Of a stretch of DNA of 64,000 nucleotides, positions 1 through 11,935 are shown one piece after another. The translations under genes and the position numbers were made by a program. This DNA comes from the human T2T-CHM13v2.0 reference genome, Homo sapiens, in assembly GCF_009914755.1 (NCBI RefSeq), contig NC_060928.1. One strand, given 5' to 3'. The notes under the pieces were generated by a model. That model was given only the letters and a program-made list of their open reading frames with translations, was not told the DNA's origin and did not search any database. Position 1 is the first letter of the stretch. The number at the start of each line of letters is the position of its first letter.

Positions 1-1704
1 CAGCTTCACTGGTATTTGTGTATAGTTCTGGGGCATCAGCCACCTTCTGATTCATTAAGAACAGTATGGCAAACTCAGAGGTCCAGTGGTAGCCCCCAGA
101 TGATTTTCCACTTCCTTTATTGGGTCAGAGGCTATAGCTCCTGTGGCTGGTCAATTTGACATATAGTATTCTAAAGTGTAGTTCAAAGACTAATTTTCCA
201 GTAATGCTTTGTTTTGAATCTCGTACTGCTCACAGTATTTAGTGTAATATCTGACTGTAAGAGAAACCAAGAAGTAAATTTCAATTTTATGTATAAAATG
301 AATTCTATTGTCTTGTGGAAAAGCAATGTATTGTATATATTCTGACTTTTATTTAATATAAAATGCATACAAGTATAACCCAATATATCTCCAAATGTAT
401 ACATGAGTAGATAAGTATAACTTTTCTGCAGGCATGAATATGCCGCTAATTTCACACATAGAGTTTCTTTTTTCCTTAATCTACAGATACGTTCTTATTC
501 TACCCTTCATATGTGACATATGTCTACTTAATTGATGATCATATCAACAAAGAGATATCCCTGGTTTCATTGTCAGTTAGTCACAAATTTGCAACACAAC
601 ATATCTATACACATACACAAAAGGTATTAAACCTAATCTTCCCAGGACCAGTGACAACAGAAAACGTTTATGAAAGGAAAAAAAAAGTTACATTATTATT
701 TCAGTCTTTTCTTCAATTCAATCACTTTCCCTCCTAGTTCCGAGACTAAAACTGCACTGAGATACAAAACTGTTCTTTCATTGCCCTAAGAATATTTATT
801 TGTTAAACCTGAAGGAAGCTTTTAAACAGAATTTTAAAAAATTATTTTCATGAAAAAGATATTTTACAAGGAGGGGTAAAAGCATGAATTCCTATGTTTG
901 TGCAGCCATTAACTAGAAAAGGGCACTTCATTAAATTCTGCTGGGACTTAAGTTCCACTACAATTAGAAATCAGAGGTGACCTAAATGATCTCTTCAAGT
1001 GCTTCTAGTTCTAAAATCCCAGGCTTGTCTTCTGGCTACACTGTACTAGGAAGGAATATTTAAAGAGAGTATTTGAAATGATCCATTAGCTTATGGAAAG
1101 AAAATGCTAAATTAGAACCCATTAATTAAACATGTACAGAAATAAGGGAGGAAATAAGACATTTTCCAAAAGAAAATCCATATACTAATGCAGATTTTTA
1201 TTAAAATAATATCACAAATTATCAATACATATTTTGAAACTCTCTCCATAGTGCTTTCTAATCTTGGACATGTCTCGCTACAATCCTGTAGGAGAAATGC
1301 TGGTGCCTATCTCCATAGAACATTTAAAATATACTTATCTGCAAAGTTATGTGCATTTGTTTTTCTGTCTTAAAAAAATGAAAATATCTTGAAGTCATTA
1401 TTTCGTAGGTTATTATTAGAGAAGCACAACAGTGAGGAAATTCTGGCTGTTTAAAATATATGATATGATAGCAATTTACCCAGGACATTTACTTTTATTA
1501 AGACCTGTGGCTTCACTTTCTTAATATCTTTAGGGCTGAAATTGTTTTAGGTATTAGGAGGAGATAGCAGTGGCAGCAACATTTTGGAATTTATCATGAG
1601 TCTATCTAAAGTACTTTTCTCCAGTTCATTGCCTACGTAAAAAAGATAAAGGCCTCTGAAAAAAGCTTTGGAGTGCAGATTTTAGTATAAAATTTACAAA
1701 TTAT

Positions 1705-2035
<331 letters not shown>

Positions 2036-2580
2036 TTAGTTGAATTAGCAAAATCCATTCAATATTATAAATTGGTTCTCTCAAGTGCATGGTCCAGTGC
2101 ATCATAAAGTGCATCACCAATGGGTTATGTGCAGTATTTTCCATGGGCTGGGTTATACACAAATTTTTCAATTATCAGAAAAGTTCTAGTAAGTTAAAAT
2201 GTATTTGTAAGTCTCCAGAATTTGAGAAAGAATAGTCCTTTTAACAGTGTTTGCATTAAACAATCAGTTTGGCCATTTGCCTTATCATACTGCTCAGCTT
2301 AGACATCAAATATAGCTGATTAATGCAGTGAATTGACCAGCTGTGTGACTGAACTAACCAAAGAAGCTATCCATTTAATGTGAAATATGTGCAGTTTAAC
2401 TGTCATGTAATTCATTAGTTCCATTATTTTGTTTATGCCCTGGGAGCTCTCTGACCTTCTCTGCTCTGAGAGATAGCACACTCGACAACTAAATAAGCTT
2501 GAGGCATCATGATTATAAACGGCTTTAATACATAAATTCATTGTCAAAGCAAACAGGTAATTACAGAGAATCCAAGTTGC

Positions 2581-2624
2581 TTTTCTCTCTTTCTTTCTTT
2601 TCTTTCTTTCATCCTTTTTTTTTT
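2581..2624. repeat. (TTTC)n / poly-T simple repeat
   Basis: Seen directly. Confidence 0.8.
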
Positions 2625-2949
2625 AAACTTTCTCCAGTGGAAGCAGGCAAATAGCTTATGGTGTTAATGATTCAGGTTACTAATTTTCTTTGGGCAAATA
2701 TTGTTGACATGAAATAGTACTTTTGAATATTGGAGGGCAGAAAGACAGTTTCCAAGCCAAAAAGGTTTTTATATACAAGGATTATGGATATGACACTAGA
2801 TAGCCTCATTAGTACTGGCCTTGTACTCAGATAGGCACATGAACACTGCAGAAAAGTAGGGAAAAAAAACACAGGCTTTGAGTCTGACAGAGCTAGTCCT
2901 CACATTTTAACCAATTTTATTTTATTTGACTCTAAACAAATGCTGTGAA

Positions 2950-3095
2950 GTGTAAAGGTAAGGTGTCTTTCTCACATGGGATAAGGAAACTCATATTCAG
3001 AATGAATACGTGGCTTGCTAATAATCATATAAATAATAAATATCAGAGCCATGACTAGTACCCAGATGTTTTTATTATTAATTTATTGCTCTTTC
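2950..3095 (-). mobile_element. MIR fragment
   Basis: Degenerate match to the MIR core (GATAAGGAAACTCATATTCAGA...AGAGCCATGACTAGTACCCAG). Confidence 0.45.
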
Positions 3096-3189
3096 CTTCC
3101 ACTAAACAGTAAGAAATCTTTCATAATTCACTTGCAAATGATCAAAGTGTCAATTTAAACAAAAGTAATCCCGTGCCCAAATAGTTGGT

Positions 3190-3670
3190 AAGTAGGAGGT
3201 TGACTGGTTTTATGTAATCAGGAAGTAGAAGTGACTTCTGGTATTGCTGGATCCAGAAATTCAAACAATAAGCAACTGGTTATGCAATCTCTTCCTCTCT
3301 CATCATACTTGTTTACTAGCACTTCCTCCTTTCCCTGTTTATCTCCATATGTTGGCCTCATTCTTTATTATTTCTGACAAATGCTTCTTACCTGGCAACA
3401 ATTATGACAATTTCAAATCAATATTCTTTACAGGCTTATGCCCCTCCTCACTGCTGCCTCCCCATCCCTTTTTCTTTCTCCTCCTCCTTTGTCTTTGTCT
3501 CCAATTCCTGGCTTAGATCACAGGTCAATCTGCAGATTCATCAAGGATCCCAGTGAAGAGGTACCTTCATTGTTCAGACGTGAGTCACATTTAATACCCT
3601 AGCCAAAGAAAATTTGACCAGAAATCTTAGGAAAATCACATGAAGAAGTGTGGTGATTCTGTCCAGACAC
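3190..3670. mobile_element. Ancient ERVL/MaLR-type LTR relic
   Basis: GCTGGATCCAGAAATTCAAACAAT and TGTTGGCCTCATTCT resemble old MLT1/LTR33-class LTRs; heavily diverged. Confidence 0.35.
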
Positions 3671-5922
3671 AAACATAAAATGTTGCTCAATTATATCATG
3701 TTGTCCAATAAAGAATAGTCATAAGAACTTTCATGGAATTAATATGGCATACCAGTGCATCAAATGCTGGCATTTTAACAGAAGTGAATAAATTGGGACT
3801 AAAAGGACTTTTCCACATCCGTTCGACATCTAAAAAGAATAGTTGCTAACTAATTTCAATCACACCTGCAAGTGAGTCTGGAGCACTTTAACCAATACAT
3901 TCTGTCACGGACAAGGAAAATGTTTTTTTCTGGTTAAAAGGAGCTTTGGGTAAAGCGTGGTCCTTTAAATACAGATTCTCAGACTCAGAGTAACAGCAGA
4001 ATTCCATTCATAGCTTCACACTACAAGTAAAGTTATCAAAAGAAAGGTGGTATTTTGAGTTTTGTCTGCCTTTGTTCTGTCTTCATGATTTAAAACTGGA
4101 ACAGGAAAATAGAGCTCTGTTATTCATTAGGCTCCTGTAAATCCCCAAGAAGATCATTGACTCTTGTCTTTAAAATTTAAAATTATTAAGTCATAACAGG
4201 ATTGAGATATACTAGTTTCTCATATTATTGGGTAGTTTTTCTTGCTTTTTCTTTTTAAGTTCAAAAGTGATTTTGAAAGCTTCCTTCTACATAGAAACTA
4301 CGATTGTTGTCTCAGTATTTTCCTTACTCACTTGAAAGAGAGGGCTCTAAGAAGGAAAAGTAAGGAGGAAAGACATAGCATTTCATCCTAAGCAACCATC
4401 CATCAAAGCTGCTCTTAGTTTTACAGGCTTGTTCTCCCAAGGTAGAATGATGGTTAAGATTATAATTGTGTAGTGTCCCTGAAGACACAGCCTGAATAAA
4501 TTAAGTTTTCAAGCATAAAGAAGATATTTTATTCTCCCAAAGGACACAGGCTTTTCACCACTCCCAAGAGAAATCTAGCTGTTAACTACAGTGCTCACAA
4601 ATTACTTAAATAAAAGAGGTTTCCTTAGTAACCAAAGTTAAGTCCTAGCAACATTCATATTTACAGGCAAACCATTAACAAAAACAGATTCTCAGATATT
4701 ATTAATTTTATAAGAGCATTTATACTATATTTGGATTGGTATAGCTTCATTCCTGTTCAGGAAGTAAGCGGTGATATTGCCAGGAGAAACAATACATTTT
4801 AAAAGAAAATAAATTCTTTATGCATACATTTTATGTTTTCACAAAGTGCCACTGACATAATGATCTTTGATAAGCACTAAGAAAACACTGAAAATAATAA
4901 ATAATGGATTCTTGCTACAGATTAGCTTACTTATATTGATAAAATTTGCCAGTAGTTTTAAAAACTAGCCAGAGACTTCTTTCATATATGGTGCTAAATG
5001 CTGAGGGAAAAGACAGTTACTGAAAGACATCTGCTTTAAATAAAAACAAATTTGAGCCCTAAATATTACTTTCGGGCAAATTTTAGTCATGGGTAAGTTT
5101 ACATTGCTTTAAGGAAAAATCTGGGTAAAACTTCCCACATTTTATATTGCACATTTTAAAATGCTTGGCTTTAATATTGCTAAAATAAAATCTTGAATTC
5201 TTATTTCAAACAACATTTTTTATTGCATTCACAAATGCATTTATGTTATTTTACAATTACAGTACAGTACTCAGGTGTTGCAAATCAAACTATTTTTTCT
5301 AGAACTTTATTCAAATGAACCGAACATATAAGCCTTCATTTCTTCCTGTAGAGAAAAATCTCTAAAACTTTATCTTGCCAAGGACATGAAAACAATCCCA
5401 ATTTTAAGAGTGATCAATTCAGATATCAAATTGATTCAACTCAAGTTTATTCATTTTTCATTTCTCCTGGCTTCCTTGGGGTTTTCTAAGTCTGTGGCCA
5501 GGAGTGGTACATATGTCTTATTCTGGCATTAAAGAGTTGTACAGTTGTACCACGACTGAGTCTTATCCACTGACCTCTACCCATAGTGCATTTTTGTTTT
5601 ATCTGCTCTGATTTATTAGGCAGTATGACAACTGTGGTTTGTGTCCATGGATTGACGAGTGGCCATCAGCTTCAAAGTCAGCCACACACTCTGAATCCTT
5701 GTCTCAAATGATACCTTCTGGATCTACCAGCTCACAGCAACTTTTCATTTACTCCTTCTTACCCCATAGGGATATATGAGGCTCTGAGCTTTGCCTGACA
5801 CACATCTACCTACATACCTTTCACATGGCGTGTCAATGCTCAGCTTGTATTATCCTGAGCTGTACTCAGAGTAACTAGTCACAAATAGGACTGTTATCAG
5901 ATTGTCTAATTAACCTGTATAA

Positions 5923-6371
5923 GGACATAGACTCTCTCCTTGATCAAATATTAGCTCTCTGAGCCCTCTGTTTCACTAGCCCTCAACCTTGACCCTCATC
6001 CTGTCTTTGGCCTGCCCAGCTCAGTCTTCACAAAGAATCTCAATTATTCATACCCTGACACCACTCTTGATATCTTATCAAGTTCTTCATCCCCTAACTT
6101 TGATGTCTAGGTCTTTGGCCTGGCTTCAGCAAGAATCTTGTTAGACAAGTTTAGCAAAAATTACCCTACTCTTAAAGTCTCTTCTCTGTAATTTTTTATC
6201 CACTGATCATCCTCTCAGTCTTTAGCTACATATGTCCCTATTTGTCCTTACTTTTTTCAGAGTTGAACCCAATCTCCTGCTTATTGCAGTAGAGTTGACC
6301 CCTATTGTAATCATTTTGAATAAAGCCTTCTTTACCATTTTAACAAGTGTATGAATATTTTTCCTTTAACA
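5923..6371 (+). mobile_element. Solo ERV1 LTR, MER31-like
   Basis: Starts GACATAGACTCTCTCCTTGATCAAA, contains CAGCAAGAATCTTGTTAG and AATAAA (6319), ends TTCCTTTAACA; about 450 bp, matches recalled MER31 consensus. Confidence 0.65.
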
Positions 6372-6699
6372 TCATCCTACCCACTCTCCCCACCAGCCCC
6401 ACAGCAACCGTAAGTAATAGGTCTTCAATTCATTTATATTTAAAAAAGATGTCTTTCAATAGCTCTCTTTTTCTACAAATTTTGCTTCTGTTTATCTCTC
6501 TTATTACACAGTCTTCCAGGGTAAAGGCAGGACTTTGAAGTTCAGTCTACATGTTTTGTGAAACTATTGGTATTAGTGTTGGCTTGACGAAACCTCTACG
6601 TTCAGTATGCTACGCTGGCTCATTTGTGGTAGACGATTTAAGTGAGACCAAGAGACAAAAAAAGGGAGTACTTTCTACCTTCTACTGAAGAGTGGAGCG

Positions 6700-6880
6700 A
6701 TTACAGTTAACACAAATGTATATTTCAAAGTAGCCAGAAGAGAGAACTTGAATTGTTCCCAACACATAGAAATGATAAATACTCAAAGTGATGAACACCT
6801 CAAATACCCTTGATCATTACAGATTATATGCATGTAACTAATTATCATATGTCCCCTATGAATATGTAAAATGTGTCAAT
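6700..6880 (+). mobile_element. L1 3'-end fragment (L1MA-type)
   Basis: TATTTCAAAGTAGCCAGAAGAGAGAACTTGAATTGTTCCCAACACATAGAAATGATAAAT is typical L1MA 3'UTR. Confidence 0.8.
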
Positions 6881-6919
6881 TTTTTTTTTATAGAGAAAGA
6901 GTAGTTTGAAAGGGAGGGC

Positions 6920-7300
6920 TCTACTCAGTTACTGAAATACTCCAGGCAAGAAAGGATAGTGACAAGAACTAGAGAAGTAGCATTGGGGTAGATAAACAAG
7001 GTCAAAGTCAAGACTTTTTAAATGCAGAAACAATAATATTTATTGATAGATTGGATGAGGGGCATGAACAGATTTTGAAGTTTAATGTGATTCCAGGTTG
7101 TGGTCTGAATAACTAAATGTAATGTAACCTCACTACAATGGTGAAAACTAGAAGAGGAACACATTTTGAAAAAATGAATCAAAATTAAGAAAACACAAAA
7201 GGATAAGTTATCATCTTTCAAACACTGGTTTCATAGGCTCCTCTGTGTGAATTACAAACAGCAACACTGGACATCTTATATAAATATTCAGTCCTCACAA
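6920..7300 (-). mobile_element. L2 fragment
   Basis: Purine-rich degenerate L2-like text (TTGATAGATTGGATGAGGGG, TTCCAGGTT). Confidence 0.4.
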
Positions 7301-7572
7301 TAGGGCTCTGAAAATTCTAGCAGTTGACTCGTTTATCTGAGCTTCTGGAGACTCCTTTATCTGAGCTCCTTCGTGTGGCACACAAACAGCACAACCATAC
7401 AAAACAGAAGACCTGTGGGTTTGTAGCTAAAATTAAATAAATAAGATCTCCTACATGATAATTACAATTAATAAACAATGAATCTTATTCTCCTATAAGG
7501 CAAATAATAAACTTAACAGATTAATGTAGGTATAAAATGTACCTAATCGATTGAAAAATTACACATTTCAAA

Positions 7573-7669
7573 GCCCAGGGTGTGTGGAACACTTGATAAA
7601 AACTGCTGGTTTAGAAGGATTCTGTGCTAGCATTCTTGCCATTAATCCCTATTCCGTCCATTTTAATAA
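7573..7669 (+). repeat. Copy A of an unidentified 97-bp direct repeat
   Basis: Aligns without gaps to 8534-8630; 75/97 identities by manual count. Confidence 0.85.
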
Positions 7670-8533
7670 CATTAAGTAGTTTGAAAAAAAGAGCTATAAG
7701 CCTTTATGTTTATTTGAACTATCATAGGACTCAGATATCTCCCTGATTCTACTTTGGTCAGTCAAATAAATTTGAGTCATTTGTAGTCACTTTGGGGGAG
7801 TATTATTTTTGTTGAAAATAAAGTTTTAAAAAAGTTAAGGTCATGTATAGTTTATGTAATGTTCAACTTAGAGAAATTGAAATATGCATAATATCTAGAG
7901 ACAAGAAGAAAATCCTTCTTTTGCGTCCCCAATAATAGAAATATGTTTTCCATTTGGAAAGTTACCAATTAGAGTAAATTTATTATTTCACCTAAATTAT
8001 TACAGGGGGGGACAAGATGAATTTTTGCTAACATAACATCCAGGTTTCTGTGGTCTTAGAAAATAAGGAAACCTATTAAGGTTTAAGCATTTTTATATAC
8101 CATAACTAAACGTAGCATTACTCCAGGCTACAATTGCTAACTACAAAAATATCTTAGTTTTTTCTAGTTTTGCTATATTTTTGCTGCATTAGTATGAGAA
8201 CAGCTTATTCACTTCTGATGTGCCAATTTGGGGTATAATAAACTACTGTAAAGCAAGATTTATTTCTGAAGAAAGAACAAAAAAATTACAAAATTATATC
8301 TGATCTCAGTGTTGTTCAAATGAACATGCTTTCAGAGGCAACTTGATTCTTAAGTTTCTCTGAATCAAGATAGATGAATAGATAGAAATTAGTCAAAGGC
8401 CCAGCCATTCCTCCAAAAGAAACTACTAAGCTAGGTTACTAAAAAAATATAAAAAATAAATGAATAAAAAGCTGAACTCATTTATTTTAAAAAGAAAGTT
8501 CAAACAACTTTGGACTTGGGCCTCCTGCCTGAG

Positions 8534-8630
8534 GCCCAAGGTGGATGGGACAATAGGTAAAAAGTGCTGGTCAGAAAGGATTGTGTGTGAGTATTGTTGT
8601 CATTAATCCCTACTCTGTCAATTTCAATAA
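8534..8630 (+). repeat. Copy B of an unidentified 97-bp direct repeat
   Basis: Aligns without gaps to 7573-7669; shared core CATTAATCCCTA. Confidence 0.85.
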
Positions 8631-8789
8631 ATAGATTTCTTGTCTAAGGAAGTATTTGTTAATAGCTTTTCAAGTGAACTTGCTCACATGGATAGAAGAG
8701 AAATCCATTTACCACATCCACTCATTGCCTTTATTTTTCCAGACAACTCAGAAAGTACTTTTAGCAGCAAGTATCAGCACATTTTGTAA

Positions 8790-8893
8790 TACAGGCATGA
8801 GTGAGTCATATTTCCAGAACTTACTGGCTATAAGATCTCAGGCAATTCATTTAACCTCTCTAAACCTCAATCTATGTTCCCGTAAAATTAATA
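8790..8893 (+). mobile_element. MIR fragment abutting Tigger2
   Basis: MIR core GGCAATTCATTTAACCTCTCTAAACCTCAAT...GTAAAAT. Confidence 0.6.
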
Positions 8894-8895
8894 AA

Positions 8896-11516
8896 CAGTT
8901 AACTCTTGAGTAACATCGGTTTAAAATGCATAGAACACTTCAATGCAGCTTTTTAATAAACATATTAGAAACTTTTTGGAGATTTGCAATAATTTGAAAA
9001 TATTTGCAGGCAAACCACTTAGCCTAGAAATATTTTTAAAAATTAAGAAAAGGGTATGTCATGAAGACATGAAATATGTATGCATAGTAGCCTATTTTAT
9101 TATTTATTACCACACAAATTCATTACAAAAAGTTAACATTGATCAAAACTTAGACACATAAATGCAGACTGTACATGGTGCCATTTACTAGTAGAGAGAA
9201 ATGTAAACAAATATAAAGATAGAGTATTAAATAATAACTGCTTTAAAATAACTATAGTACATATTATACTACTGTAATAATTTCATAGTCACCTCCTGTT
9301 GCTATTGCTGTGAGCCCAAGTATTGCAAGTATTCGCTAATCATCTTCATATGAGCAGTTCGTCTTTCCAGTAAATTGCATGTTGCAGTAAAAAGTGACCT
9401 CTCACAGTTCTCACATATTTTTAAATCATATTTAGTGCAATAACATAAACCCTGAATAATACAATGAGACCCATATGAAGTGCCACTACTGATGTTGGAA
9501 GTTGTTGGAAGAAGCAGAGAAAGGTCTTAACTTCACAAGAAAAAGTTGAATTGCTTGATACATACCATAGACTGAAATCTGCAATTGCAATTGCCTGCCA
9601 TTGCAAGATAAATGAATCCAGCATAAGAATTATTGTAAAAAAGTAAAAAAAAAAATTGTGAAGCCATCATTGCAGCTATATCAGCGGGTGTAAAAACCTT
9701 GTACTTTATGTGATATACCTTTTTATCTTGTATTGAAATGCAGTTTTTATGTGAGTGAAAGATTGCTATAAGAAACAAATACCTATAGACTTTAATATGT
9801 TTCAAGTAAAACAGAACTATTATATGATAACTTAAAGCAAAAAATGAAGTGAAGGCTCTGAAGCTGGATAATCCAATGCCAGCAAAGGATGGTTTAATAA
9901 TTTTAGAAAGAGGCTTGGCTTTAAAAATATCAAGATAACAGGAGAAGCTGTTTCTGGTAACCAAGAGGCAGCAGATGATAATTCAGATGCTGTTAAGAAA
10001 ATCACCGAAGAGAAAGGATATCTACCTGAACATGTTTTTTTTTTTAATGCAGATGAAAATACCCTATTCTTTGAAAAAATACCACAAAGGACATTTATTA
10101 GTAAGGAAGAAAAACAAGAATGGGGATTTAAGGCAGGAAGCCATAATCTAACTTTACTGTTTTGTGCAAATACAGTCCAGTTTATGATCAGGATTTCTCT
10201 TATCAATAAAGCTGCTTACCCTTGAGCTAATAGTCTTTTGGTGGTACAAGAAGGCCTGGACAATGAGAAAGGTTTTTTCTGGATTGGTTACATCAATGCT
10301 TTGTCCTTAAAGTCAGGAAGTATCTTGCCAGTAAGGGACTTGCCTTTTAAAGCTCTTTTGGTATTGAACAACGCCCCTGGCAACCCAGAACTCCATGACT
10401 TCAACACCAAAGGTGTCAAAGTGGTCTACTTGCCCCCAAACACAACATCTCAAACTCAGCTTATAGAAGAGGAGCTCATAAAGGTTTTTACGGATCATTA
10501 TATACAGTACTCTATGGAAAGGATTGCCAGCCATAAGGAAGAGAACCCATAGATCATCATAAAAGTCTGGAAGAATTACACCATTGAAGATGCAATAAGT
10601 GTTACAAAAAGATGTGAAAATCATCAAGCCTGAAACAATAAATTCCTGCTAGAGAAAACTGGGTCCAGATGTTATGCATGTATTCACAGGATTTACAGTA
10701 GAGCCAATCAAATAAATTATGAAAGAGACTGTGGATATGACAAAAAGGTTAATGGTAGATATTAATCTTTAGAGATATTAATCCTAGAGAAATTCAAAAT
10801 CAATTACATACCACACTAGAGGAATTAGTAAAAGATGACTTGAGGGAAATGAGTGTTTCCTAACCAGTGCCAAACAATGAAGAAGAAGACATACAAGAAG
10901 CAGAGCTAGAAAAAAAATTGATATTAGACAACCTGCCAGAAGGGTTCTGATTAGCCAAGACTGTCCTTGACTTAGTTTATGACATGGACTCTTCTATGAT
11001 ACAGGCACTGAATCTAAAGCAAATGGTGGAGGAAGAATTGGTATCATACGGAAACACTTTTAGAGAAATGAAAAAGCCAAAATTTCAAACAGAAATTATG
11101 ATGTATTTCCATAAAGTTACATCAAGTGTGGCTGCCTTTCCTGCCTCCCCCTCCACTTTATACCTCTGCTTCCCCTGAGACAGCAAGACTGGCTCCTCCT
11201 GTTCTTCCTCCTCTTTAGCCTACTCAAGGAAATGAGGATGAAAACATTTATGATGATCCACTAACACATAATTAATAACAACATATTTTCTCTTCCTTAT
11301 TATTTTAATAATTTTTTCTTTAGCTTACTTTATTGTAAGAATACAGTATATAATACATACAGCACAAAAAATGTTTTAACGCATTTTATATTATCAGTAA
11401 GGCTTCTGGTCAACAGTAGACTATTCGAGTTTTTGAGGAATCTAAACTTATATACAGATTTTTCAGTGTGCAAGAGGTCAGTGCCCTTAGCTTCTGTATT
11501 GTTCAATGGTCAACTG
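8896..11516 (+). mobile_element. Tigger2 DNA transposon (TcMar-Tigger), near full length
   Basis: TIRs CAGTTAACTCTTGAGTAAC (8896) and TTGTTCAATGGTCAACTG (ends 11516, then TA); internal pogo-type transposase remnants; 2.6 kb. Confidence 0.92.
9470..11178 (+). pseudogene. Disrupted Tigger2 (pogo/CENP-B-like) transposase
   Basis: N-terminal KKQRKVLTSQEKVELLD (HTH region); DDE_1-type segment ALLVLNNAPGNP...VVYLPPNTTSQTQLIE in ORF 10238-10552; multiple stops and frameshifts. Confidence 0.85.
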
Positions 11517-11711
11517 TAATTTTATTTCTTTATTATGGCACAATAATCTAAATATAGAAGATATTCCATTAATCATTAAATAAAAGACAAAAATACTATG
11601 CAATAATACACTTTATTTCTATAAATTATTAAAGTAATTGATATAAAGCATTTGATTGCATAAATATGAAATTTCCCTCCACTATTTGAGCACTTCAACA
11701 TAAATGCCACA

Positions 11712-11935
11712 GGCATAGGATTTGGGATTAGACATGCTAGAGATGAAATTGGATTCTGTTGCATACTCATCATGTGATTAGTATCAACTGCTTAATCTGT
11801 CTTATTTTCTGAAGTTGAATGCAAATAATATCGGTTCATTTCTTATTGTAGAGATTAAAGACAGTATATATTAAGTGTTTGAACTCTGTCCTGACACATA
11901 ATAAGCATTCCATAAGTTAAAGATTTTTGTTATTG
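11712..11935 (+). mobile_element. MIR, largely complete and very diverged
   Basis: GCATAGGATTTGGGATTAGAC at the start and CCTGACACATAATAAGCATTCCATAA at the end follow the MIR layout. Confidence 0.6.

Noticed and set aside
7573-8630. 97-bp repeat pair as duplicated coding exons
   Set aside because: On the minus strand, where an AG acceptor is possible, the frame open in one copy has a stop in the other.
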